From an uncultured bacterium (GTDB lineage Bacteria; UBP7; UBA6624): 64,000 bases of DNA. Each line of letters begins with the position of its first letter. Position 1 is the first letter of the stretch. The stretch covers positions 53 to 64,052 of the forward strand of contig CAXGSM010000006.1 of assembly GCA_964012435.1 (NCBI GenBank), read 5' to 3'. Shown here piece by piece: positions 9,359 through 17,649 of the stretch. The notes below the pieces were generated by a model that made no database searches, was not told the origin of the DNA, and was given only the letters and a program-made list of their open reading frames with translations. Position numbers and translations under genes: made by a program.

Positions 9359-11128
9359 ATGAACCCATTTGATTTTTTTGATGAGATTTTTTGTATCAAC
9401 CTTGATTCAAGGCCAGATAGGTGGAGTTCTTTTTTAAAAGAAGCTAGAAGGGTGGGTATAGCGCATAGGGTAAAGAGGTTTCCTGCAATTGTGCCTCCCT
9501 CTAAAAACGGAGCTCTTGGATGCAAGCTAAGCACACTTTCAATAATAAAGAAAGCAAAAAACAAAAATTTGAAAAATTTTCTTATTCTTGAAGATGACGT
9601 AGTTTTTAAAAAAAATGCATTGAAAAATCTTTCTGTATCCATATCGCAATTGCCTGTAGATTGGGATATGTTTTATTTGGGTTTAAACTTAACAAAAGAG
9701 TCTTTTAAACATTCTCAAAATCTTGTTAATGTCAAAGGTGGCAGGTCTACGCATGCGGTTGCTTACAGCAATTCTGTTTATCAGGATATTCTTGATGAAA
9801 ATTCTTTAGAACCCAGTCAGAAATTAGACATTCCTATTGATGTTTATTACGAAACGAAGATACATCCTAAAAAAAATATTTATTGCAGCTGTCCAATGAT
9901 TGCATTACAACGAGAAGCTTATAGTGATATAGAGAAAAGAAATGTTAATTATTCATGGCTCGAAACAAATTTCAGCAGTCTTGTTGTCAGAAAGAAGTCT
10001 TTATTAGCTCTTGGTTATTGTCTTTTTTTTGTAGGTTTGATGATGCTTGTTACCGCTACCCCCTTCTTAACCCTCCAGCCTAAATTTATTTTTGTACCTT
10101 TTCTGCTTAGCAGCTTTGTAACATTGGTGATTTTTTTTTGTAAAGGAAAAGTGGATAGGGTATGTTCAGATAAATTGCAAATTTTTGCTTTCGACATTGG
10201 TGTTTTTGTTTTTATTTTTACTGGTTTTAAATTGATTGCATCAGGGTTTTTGTTTTTGTTTTTACTGGTTTTAATATGGGCCGCTGGTTTAGCGCTTTTG
10301 GCATTTTGTAGAAATACTGAATTTTATCCGGGTTATGGCCTTGCAAATAAAGAAAAAAAAGAAAAAGATATCGACCTGCAAGGTCTCCATAAAAGACTTA
10401 TGAGCATGATGATGAATGTAGATGATATTTGTAAAAAAAATAAAATTACTTATTGGCTTGATGCGGGGACATTGTTAGGAGCAGTTAGGGGTGGTGATTT
10501 TATTCCATGGGATGATGATTTGGACATATGTATGCCTTATGAAGATGCCCAAAAATTGAAAAAAATTTACAAATCCAAACAATTTCCAAAAAACCTCACA
10601 CTTCAAATGTTTGAAGACAGGTGGGCTTCAAAAGCAATCAAGAGAAAGTTTGGAACTACCTTGAAGATTAGAGATAAAAATAGCATTGCACTTGAGGGCA
10701 ATGAATTTGTTACAGATAGATATGAACAAGGGGTTTTTATTGATATTTTTGTAGTCAATACGCTTCCAGAGGAAAAACCGAATATTTTCTTGAATTTTTT
10801 GGACAATATTCAACACAGTAGATCTTTAAAAGAAATTAGATTGAATACGATAGGAAAAGCTATACTTTTGAAAAAGAACGTAAGTTTAAAATCTTCAAAA
10901 ATTATCAAACATCCTGAAGACCTTGCAAAAGGAGTTTGGTGGCAAAAAGATGTAATCTTTCCATTAGGCGAAAAAGTTTTTGGCAAGGTTAGACTTCCAG
11001 TACCAAGGAATTTTGATCAGTATCTAAAAGATTTATATGGAGACTATATGAAACTGCCAAGTAAAAAAAACCAAAAGCCAAAACATTTGTCTTTTTTAAG
11101 GTTATGGGATAAGGAAAAAGGCTTGTGA
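9359..11128 (+). CDS. Fusion protein: GT25-like glycosyltransferase, four TM helices, LicD-family phosphotransferase
   Basis: N-terminal FCINLDSRPDRW, GALGC..S, LILEDD and WDMFYLG (GT25). C-terminal YWLDAGTLLGAVR..FIPWDDDLDI, FIDIF and YLKDLYGDYM (LicD). Four hydrophobic segments lie between. Confidence 0.85.
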   Translation: MNPFDFFDEIFCINLDSRPDRWSSFLKEARRVGIAHRVKRFPAIVPPSKNGALGCKLSTLSIIKKAKNKNLKNFLILEDDVVFKKNALKNLSVSISQLPVDWDMFYLGLNLTKESFKHSQNLVNVKGGRSTHAVAYSNSVYQDILDENSLEPSQKLDIPIDVYYETKIHPKKNIYCSCPMIALQREAYSDIEKRNVNYSWLETNFSSLVVRKKSLLALGYCLFFVGLMMLVTATPFLTLQPKFIFVPFLLSSFVTLVIFFCKGKVDRVCSDKLQIFAFDIGVFVFIFTGFKLIASGFLFLFLLVLIWAAGLALLAFCRNTEFYPGYGLANKEKKEKDIDLQGLHKRLMSMMMNVDDICKKNKITYWLDAGTLLGAVRGGDFIPWDDDLDICMPYEDAQKLKKIYKSKQFPKNLTLQMFEDRWASKAIKRKFGTTLKIRDKNSIALEGNEFVTDRYEQGVFIDIFVVNTLPEEKPNIFLNFLDNIQHSRSLKEIRLNTIGKAILLKKNVSLKSSKIIKHPEDLAKGVWWQKDVIFPLGEKVFGKVRLPVPRNFDQYLKDLYGDYMKLPSKKNQKPKHLSFLRLWDKEKGL

Positions 11129-11721
11129 GTTATTGGCGTAATTTTTATAAAAAATACTCTGTTACAGATTCCCCAACAGATTTTGCAAAATTTGTACTTA
11201 ATGCAATTCCCCAATATATAAAAAAACCATTTAATAAAATATCTTTAATCGATATTGCTTGTGGAAACGCGCGAGACACTATGTTTTTCAGGAATTCTGG
11301 GATTGAAGCTTTAGGGATAGATTTGTTTTCAAACAGTGCAGACCTTCCTTATGTTGATAAAAAAGACGCCAGGGACTTGAAGGAAAAAAATGATGTTTAT
11401 TATTTAAGGTTTTTTTTACATGCTATAAAAGAACAAGAAGCTGATGAGATTTTAGAAAATTTATCAAAAATTATGGGAAAAAATTCTTTGATTTTCATTG
11501 AAACAAGATCCAGCAAAGGTATTAGCGATAATCAAAAAATAGAAACACATTTTGCATCTCCAATAGGAGAAAAACATTACCGAATGCTTTATTCTGCTGA
11601 GTATTTAGAACAAAAATTTGGCAAAGATTTTAATATATTGTTTTTGGAGGAGAAGCAGGGTTTGGCAGTGTTTGAGAATGAGGATCCTTTTGTTATTAGG
11701 TTGATAATGAAAAAAATCTAA
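11125..11721 (+). CDS. Class I SAM-dependent methyltransferase
   Basis: LIDIACGNARD motif I variant, ALGID, YLRFFLHAI and FIETRS. The GTG start overlaps the upstream stop. Confidence 0.8.
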   Translation: MSYWRNFYKKYSVTDSPTDFAKFVLNAIPQYIKKPFNKISLIDIACGNARDTMFFRNSGIEALGIDLFSNSADLPYVDKKDARDLKEKNDVYYLRFFLHAIKEQEADEILENLSKIMGKNSLIFIETRSSKGISDNQKIETHFASPIGEKHYRMLYSAEYLEQKFGKDFNILFLEEKQGLAVFENEDPFVIRLIMKKI

Positions 11722-11748
11722 ATAATGTTTAAAGAAAAACATAAATAA

Positions 11749-11803
11749 TTAACATTTTGTGTTTAACAATAATACAATCTTGTAACCATAGCAAACAGGA
11801 GGA
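11749..11803 (+). promoter_or_regulatory. Possible sigma70 promoter and RBS of trxA
   Basis: TTAACA (11749)-18 nt-TACAAT (11773), with AGGAGG ending at 11803 ahead of ATG 11809. The AT-rich context weakens the call. Confidence 0.4.
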
Positions 11804-11808
11804 AGAAA

Positions 11809-12129
11809 ATGGCAATTGAACTTAATGAGGATAATTTTTCAGAAAATATAAATAAAGGTGTAACTTTAGTTGATTTTTGGGCTGAATGGTGTGGACCGTG
11901 CAAGGCGGCTGCTCCGCATGTTGACAAGCTTGCAGGTCAGGTTGGAGATAATGCAAAGATTGCAAAAGTTAATGTTGACGAAAGCCCCTCCATCGCTTCT
12001 GAATTTGGAGTCATGAGTATTCCAACCTTCATACTGTTTAAAGATGGAGAGGTTATCGAGAGGTCCTCTGGCTTTACGCCAAATTTTATTACTGAATGGG
12101 CTGAGAAAATAGATTCAGCTCTTCTTTAA
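11809..12129 (+). CDS. trxA: Thioredoxin
   Basis: VDFWAEWCGPCK active site, VMSIPT, 106 aa. Confidence 0.97.
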   Translation: MAIELNEDNFSENINKGVTLVDFWAEWCGPCKAAAPHVDKLAGQVGDNAKIAKVNVDESPSIASEFGVMSIPTFILFKDGEVIERSSGFTPNFITEWAEKIDSALL

Positions 12130-12131
12130 TT

Positions 12132-13145
12132 TTGAAAATTGTAGCTGCATTATCTGGCGGTGTTGATAGTAGCGTAGCTGCACAACGTTTAATTCGTCAA
12201 GGTCATGAGGTTATAGGCCTTTTTATGAGGTTGACAGAAGGCGAAGGTTCTGCTTGTTGTAATATTCGAACCGGACAAACCGCTAGGCGTGTTGCTGATA
12301 AATTAGACATTCCTTTTATGGCAGTTGATTATTCAGAATCTTTTAGAAAAAATGTTATCGATCACGCTCTTAATAATTTAGATAACGGGTTAACCCCCAA
12401 TCCATGCGTTGAATGTAATCGCAAAGTTAAATTTGAAGAGCTTTTAGGGCAAGCAAAACGCATGGGTGCTGATGCTTTGGCAACTGGGCATTATGGCAAA
12501 ATTTTTAAAGAAAATAATGAATACCAAATGCATGAAGCAAAATCCCAGAAGAAAGATCAAAGTTATTTTTTATGGCCCACATCAAAAAAATCCTTAAGTG
12601 AGATAATCTTTCCACTGGGTGATGTTGATGACAAAAGCACCATTAGGCAGGAAGCCCTTGAAGGGGGGTTACCAACAGCTAAAGCTCCCGAAAGTCAGGA
12701 TTTATGTTTTGCACCTGAAGGTTTAGTAAAGTTTATTGGGAAGGAAGAGCCTGGAGACATTTTGGATCTCAAAGGCAATGTTATAGGTGAGCATAAAGGT
12801 CATTTCACCGTTACCCTTGGCCAAAGGAGAGGATTAGGTGGTGTTGCTTTAGGCAAGCCAGCTTATGTGGTTCAGAAAGATCACAAAAGCAATACCGTTA
12901 CCTTGGGTGATAGGGATCATTTCTCAAAACGAAAAATAAATTTGGAAAGAGTTAATTGGTTGACTGATCTGAATGATTTGTCTGAAGGTCTTTCAGCAAG
13001 GATTCGTTACAGGGGTTCAAAAAGGATAGTTCAAAAGATAGAAGAACAGAGAATTATTTTTAGTGAACCTGTGACAGTCGCTCCAGGCCAAAGTATCGTT
13101 GTTTATTTAGGCACAAGGGTTATTGGTGGAGGTGTTGCGCAATAG
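12132..13145 (+). CDS. mnmA: tRNA 2-thiouridine(34) synthase MnmA (CxxC+C type)
   Basis: Motifs SGGVDSS, TPNPCVECN, ATGHY, KDQSYFL, ESQDLCF, TLGQRRGL and APGQS. Confidence 0.96.
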   Translation: MKIVAALSGGVDSSVAAQRLIRQGHEVIGLFMRLTEGEGSACCNIRTGQTARRVADKLDIPFMAVDYSESFRKNVIDHALNNLDNGLTPNPCVECNRKVKFEELLGQAKRMGADALATGHYGKIFKENNEYQMHEAKSQKKDQSYFLWPTSKKSLSEIIFPLGDVDDKSTIRQEALEGGLPTAKAPESQDLCFAPEGLVKFIGKEEPGDILDLKGNVIGEHKGHFTVTLGQRRGLGGVALGKPAYVVQKDHKSNTVTLGDRDHFSKRKINLERVNWLTDLNDLSEGLSARIRYRGSKRIVQKIEEQRIIFSEPVTVAPGQSIVVYLGTRVIGGGVAQ

Positions 13146-14863
13146 TTAAGACAATTATTTTTGGTCTTGATGGAGCTACTTGGGATTTAGCTAAAAGCTG
13201 GATAGAAGAAGGACATTTGCCAAATTTGAAAAAAATAATGGATGGCTCTAGTGGTATTTTAAAAAGTACCCTTGAGCCAATTACGCCATGTGCATGGGCC
13301 TCTATGGTTACAGGTCAAAATCCAGGGAAAACTGGAGTTTTTGATTTTGCTCAAATCGTAAGGGGTTCTTATGATTTGCGTTTTCCAAACAGAACACATG
13401 TTTCCGGATCCTCTATTTGGCATCAGGCAGACAAGCATGGCGTCAAATGCGGCATTGTTAATGTCCCCATGGGTTATCCTGCTGACAAGCTAAAGCACGG
13501 AGTTTATATTGCTGGTATGGGCTCTCCAAGCCCGGATGATGATAATGTTTTTTGGCCCAAAGATTTAAGATCTGAAATTGAATCTTATTTTAAAAAACCA
13601 TATGACATGATGGAGTTCTCTAAAGGTAGGAAATCAAAAGATGGCTATGATATCTTGCGTGATAATTTACTTTCTTACACAGACTTTCAAAAAAAATTAA
13701 GCATGTACCTATTAGATAAAAAGGATTTAGATTTATTTTTTATTGTTTTTCCTGCAACAGATCAAGTTGGACATTATTTTTGGAAACACTGGGATGAAAA
13801 ACATCCCCTTTATTCAGATGAATTGAATAAAAAATATGGAAATGTTCTTTTAGAAGTTTACAAAAGTGTAGATGATGCCATGGGAGAAATTATGGATTCA
13901 TTTTGCGATAACAAAACTCAGATATGGGCTTTGAGTGATCATGGAATGGGTCCTTTTCATTTAGCCCCTGATTTCGTGAGCTTCTTGGAATCTGAGGGCT
14001 ACTTAAAGCTTAAGGTTCCTGTGGAAAATGCTGAAAAAATGATTGCAGTTGTCCCTTTTTTAGCTAAATTTTCTGAATTCAAGTTTAATTTTTTCGCATT
14101 TTTAAAAAGAAATATGCCTTTGTTTTTGAAAAACTTTTTAAACAAAGTATTTAAAAGCCAAAAAGAAGCATATGTAGAAGGAATGAGCATGTTATCCATA
14201 TATGACTGGAATAAAACTCAAGTTTTTGTAACCGATCCAAAAAACATGGGTGAGATACACATAAACCTAAAGGGAAGGGAGCCAAAAGGGATTGTCCCCA
14301 GAAAGGATTATGAAAAATTAAGAAAAGAGCTTATTGATCTATTTGAATCGATTGCCTTGAAAGATGGAACCAGGTTGGTTACAAAAGCTCACAAAAAAGA
14401 AGATATTTACAAGGGACAGTATTTAAATGATGCTCCCGATATAGTCATTGAATGGAATTTGGAAGAAACAGGTTGTTTAAATCCGCAAGATGAAGACGTT
14501 CCAAAAAGATATAAAAGTTTATTTAAGAAATTTGACCTTACCCCCTCTTGGACTGATGTTGTTTTACCCTATAATGGATTTCATCGCATGGAGGGAGTAT
14601 GGGCTGTTAATGGCCCTGGCATTAAGCACGGTGCAGAAATCAATGCAGACATATGGGATCCGTACATAGAAATATTATCTTCTATAGGTGTGTCAATTCC
14701 CAATGATATTGATAGTAAAAAAATGGATATTTGGAAAACTGGAAACAGACCCAAGATAAAAGAAGATAAAAACAAATCAGGAAAAGGCTCTTCACAAGAT
14801 TATTCGCAGGAGGATGAGGAAGCTTTAAAAAAGAGATTGAAAGAGATGGGTTATCTTGGTTAG
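13142..14863 (+). CDS. Alkaline phosphatase superfamily protein (nucleotide pyrophosphatase/phosphodiesterase-like)
   Basis: In-frame IVKTIIFGLDGATW lies upstream of the track start at 13217. Other motifs: PITPCAWASMVTG, TDQVGH, LSDHG, GFHR and C-terminal RLKEMGYL. Start assigned to ATA 13142 (see findings). Confidence 0.85.
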   Translation: MVKTIIFGLDGATWDLAKSWIEEGHLPNLKKIMDGSSGILKSTLEPITPCAWASMVTGQNPGKTGVFDFAQIVRGSYDLRFPNRTHVSGSSIWHQADKHGVKCGIVNVPMGYPADKLKHGVYIAGMGSPSPDDDNVFWPKDLRSEIESYFKKPYDMMEFSKGRKSKDGYDILRDNLLSYTDFQKKLSMYLLDKKDLDLFFIVFPATDQVGHYFWKHWDEKHPLYSDELNKKYGNVLLEVYKSVDDAMGEIMDSFCDNKTQIWALSDHGMGPFHLAPDFVSFLESEGYLKLKVPVENAEKMIAVVPFLAKFSEFKFNFFAFLKRNMPLFLKNFLNKVFKSQKEAYVEGMSMLSIYDWNKTQVFVTDPKNMGEIHINLKGREPKGIVPRKDYEKLRKELIDLFESIALKDGTRLVTKAHKKEDIYKGQYLNDAPDIVIEWNLEETGCLNPQDEDVPKRYKSLFKKFDLTPSWTDVVLPYNGFHRMEGVWAVNGPGIKHGAEINADIWDPYIEILSSIGVSIPNDIDSKKMDIWKTGNRPKIKEDKNKSGKGSSQDYSQEDEEALKKRLKEMGYLG

Positions 14864-14864
14864 T

Positions 14865-15341
14865 TTATTTGGCGCCTTTTTCTTCTAGGTATTCCCACAT
14901 TTTTTCCTTGGTGTCGTCATCACAAATAGCAACTCTAGCTGTTGTCAGTATATTGATGCCGTTTGCGTCCACTGCATTAAGGTTAGCACCATTGTCAACC
15001 AGCCATTCAATTCCTGCCCAGTTGCAAAGGAATATTGCCCAACCCAATGGGCTTGATTTGTCTTTATTGGCAGCTTTTTTGTCTATATCTGCTCCATTTT
15101 CCATAAATAATCTCATCATTTTCACATCGCCTTTTATTGCAGCATGATGCATTGGACACATCCCACCCCATTCAAGACCTTCAGGGATACATATCTTGTC
15201 ATCATTTAAATTCAAATTACGAGAAGCTATCAACTCTTTTGCTTGTTCATGATTGCCTATTTCAATTGCGTCATGTATGTCAAAATCACTGCCACCGCAA
15301 GCGGTGGTTAAGAAAAATATAAATGCTATTAGTTTTTTCAT
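14865..15341 (-). CDS. Ankyrin-repeat lipoprotein
   Basis: Lipobox-like LTTA-C signal. Ankyrin motifs PMHHAAIKGD..GADID and SPLGWA..LVDNGANLN. Confidence 0.85.
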   Translation of the reverse strand: MKKLIAFIFFLTTACGGSDFDIHDAIEIGNHEQAKELIASRNLNLNDDKICIPEGLEWGGMCPMHHAAIKGDVKMMRLFMENGADIDKKAANKDKSSPLGWAIFLCNWAGIEWLVDNGANLNAVDANGINILTTARVAICDDDTKEKMWEYLEEKGAK

Positions 15342-15505
15342 TTTTGATTTTCTATTTTAAGTATTTGGTTTTTTAATAAAAGTTTTTGATTTTTCATTTT
15401 CTTTATCAGGTCTTCGTTATAAGGTTCAGACTGAACCAGCTCTTGAATTTCTAAATCAAGCTTTCTATGTTCTTTTTTAAGTTTTTCGATATTGGTTTCT
15501 GTCAT
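15338..15505 (-). CDS. Small DUF465/YdcH-like coiled-coil protein (55 aa, not in ORF track)
   Basis: Hand translation: MTETNIEKLKKEHRKLDLEIQELVQSEPYNEDLIKKMKNQKLLLKNQILKIENQK*. It matches the L..EH..LD..I...KL.LK..I pattern, fills the intergenic gap, and its TGA overlaps the ankyrin ATG. Confidence 0.8.
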   Translation of the reverse strand: MTETNIEKLKKEHRKLDLEIQELVQSEPYNEDLIKKMKNQKLLLKNQILKIENQK

Positions 15506-15510
15506 TTTTT

Positions 15511-16140
15511 CTATTTTAAGTCACTAAGTCTCAATAGTGTTTTTTTATCCCAAGTACTATCAAGCTTAAATATATTTTCTGTTATTTTTCTTGCTTCTGG
15601 CCTTAGGTGTTCTCCTGAGTTTCCAGACTTCCAAAGAGCTCTTAATGAAAATAGTTTAAGCCATAACGAGGTTTGTTTAAGATTGGGATTATTTTCATCT
15701 TCGTCCAAACATCTTTCAACAAGATTTAAACCTTCTCCCAAAGCGTATATTGCACCATCTGTGTCTTTGGCAGCAAGTCTAGCACACCCAAGATCCCACC
15801 AAGCCCAACATAAAGCAGAAGGTTCATTAAGGATACTTCTTAATGGTAGTGCTTTTTCAGCTGCTCTTTCTGCCTCCAATGCATCTTCTTTACTTACTGA
15901 AATATCAAAATCTGGTAGCAAAAAAGCAACAATATTATGTAAAAGTACAGCCTCTTCCTTGATTGCTTCTTGATCATTTGCTCTTACAGCTCCATGCCAA
16001 CCAACCCATCTACTTTCTTTTTTATACCCTTCTTTATTTAAAGCAATTTGCAGATTAATTGTTTCAGCATGAGTTTCAGGCAATTTGTGTTTGCCCTGCT
16101 TGTAACGGCGTATAAATTTCTGTATTGAATCTTCTGTCAA
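15511..16140 (-). CDS. Hypothetical alpha-helical (TPR-like) protein
   Basis: 209 aa with a TTG start. The segment AWWDLGCARLAAKDTDGAIYALGEGL is TPR-like. Confidence 0.55.
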   Translation of the reverse strand: MTEDSIQKFIRRYKQGKHKLPETHAETINLQIALNKEGYKKESRWVGWHGAVRANDQEAIKEEAVLLHNIVAFLLPDFDISVSKEDALEAERAAEKALPLRSILNEPSALCWAWWDLGCARLAAKDTDGAIYALGEGLNLVERCLDEDENNPNLKQTSLWLKLFSLRALWKSGNSGEHLRPEARKITENIFKLDSTWDKKTLLRLSDLK

Positions 16141-16141
16141 T

Positions 16142-16618
16142 TTAAATGGAATCTATAACTTCTTTATAGTCTGGCAGAATAGCTGGATTTTCAGTAATCC
16201 ATTTATAAGTAATTTCACCATTTTGATTAATGATAAATACAGATCTTTTAGACACACCTGATAAGCCGATGAAATCTTCATAATAAACACCATATTTTTG
16301 TGATATTTTTCCCCCTAAATCAGAAAGCAGAGGAAAGGATATGTTATTAATTTCTGCGAATTTTTTTTGTGCAAAAGGCATATCAACTGATATCCCAACA
16401 ACGTTACAGCTTGCTTCTTCAAAAGCTTTTAAATTATCCCTAAAAGAACACATTTCTTTTTCGCATACGCCAGTGAAGGATGCTGGAAAAAAGGCAACAA
16501 TCAAACTTCCTTCCTCCAGTGCTTTAGAAAGTTTAAATTCCCTCAAAGGTTTTCCTTCTTCAGGGTTGTTTGCTGTCATTAATTTAAATTCAGGTGCTTT
16601 GTCTCCAATATTTAACAT
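16142..16618 (-). CDS. Peroxiredoxin (AhpC/TSA, BCP-like)
   Basis: Motifs GDKAPEF, FFPASFTGVCEKEMC (PxxxTxxC), VVGISVD, FPLLSD and RSVFII. Confidence 0.93.
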   Translation of the reverse strand: MLNIGDKAPEFKLMTANNPEEGKPLREFKLSKALEEGSLIVAFFPASFTGVCEKEMCSFRDNLKAFEEASCNVVGISVDMPFAQKKFAEINNISFPLLSDLGGKISQKYGVYYEDFIGLSGVSKRSVFIINQNGEITYKWITENPAILPDYKEVIDSI

Positions 16619-16627
16619 TTTTTCCTC

Positions 16628-17647
16628 CTATATTTCTATTCCTTGTTTTTTGAGATTCTTAATTATTAGAATTCTAATAATTTTTTTGATTATATTTAAC
16701 GAGCTTATGCCTTTTAAAATTGTAGGAATTTTTTTCTCTAATTCTTTTTCTACAAAGATATGAGCTTCAGTAATAATATCGTTTAATGTTTTTTTTGGTT
16801 TGTATGATAGTTTTTCCCATGTTTTACCAGGGTCCATAGCATGTATCATTGGGTCAGTAGGATGGCTGAAAGTGTCTTTTACATATGTAAATTTTCCATT
16901 TTTGTTTTTTAGCATTATCACTTTTTTTGCTAATTCAGACAATGTAATAGGGTGCAATGTTAGATTGTAAACATCAAAATTAGGTTGCAGTTGAAGTGCT
17001 TTTAGGTTTGCATTAATGCAATCTTCAATATGTATCATGCATCCTGACCTTTTTCCATCACCAAACACCTTTAAAGGTATGTTTAATTGATTTTGTATAC
17101 ACCATAATGATAACAACCTCAAGCTTCCCTTTGAAGCAACACGTGTGTAGCGAAATACCTGAACAGATCTTTCCTTATGCTCACAAGCCCATTTTTTGAT
17201 TGCTTGCTCTGCTTCTGATTTTGATTTTCCATAATAGTCTTTTGGAGAATGTTCACTAAAGGGAAGATGTTTATTTTTTTCCCATGTATTTAAAAATACT
17301 GCATCAGATGAATCAAAGAAAATGCGTTTTATATTTAGCTCTGTACATTTCTTTAATATTTTTTTGGGTAAGTCAGTATTTATTTTTCGGTATTCGTCCT
17401 TTGCTGAATCAAGGTGTCTTTCATTTGCTAGCTTTGCCGCTTTTATCCACACTACATCAGCATCTTTTAATGCTTGATCAAGTATTGCTTCATCACTTGC
17501 ATCACCCAGTATTTCTTGATAATTTTTATTTTGATAATCTTTATTCAATGGTTGTTTATCAAGATTGGTTACATTCCATTTGTGCAGATTTTTAATTAAA
17601 TTTCTTCCAAGTAGACCAGATCCGCCAATTATTGTTATGTTTTGCAA
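16628..17647 (-). CDS. NAD-dependent epimerase/dehydratase (extended SDR)
   Basis: GGSGLLG Rossmann motif, YGKSK (YxxxK) and VFGDGKR..IHIED. Confidence 0.85.
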   Translation of the reverse strand: MQNITIIGGSGLLGRNLIKNLHKWNVTNLDKQPLNKDYQNKNYQEILGDASDEAILDQALKDADVVWIKAAKLANERHLDSAKDEYRKINTDLPKKILKKCTELNIKRIFFDSSDAVFLNTWEKNKHLPFSEHSPKDYYGKSKSEAEQAIKKWACEHKERSVQVFRYTRVASKGSLRLLSLWCIQNQLNIPLKVFGDGKRSGCMIHIEDCINANLKALQLQPNFDVYNLTLHPITLSELAKKVIMLKNKNGKFTYVKDTFSHPTDPMIHAMDPGKTWEKLSYKPKKTLNDIITEAHIFVEKELEKKIPTILKGISSLNIIKKIIRILIIKNLKKQGIEI

Positions 17648-17649
17648 AG

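Noticed and set aside
10131-10139. T9 tract in the GT25-LicD gene as a phase-variation switch
   Set aside because: A/T runs of 8-9 nt are common across this AT-rich window and the frame is intact.
15467-15973. 168-aa plus-strand ORF and other listed antisense ORFs (e.g. 56891-57415, 30991-31449)
   Set aside because: They overlap well-supported genes on the opposite strand and have no protein-like motifs.
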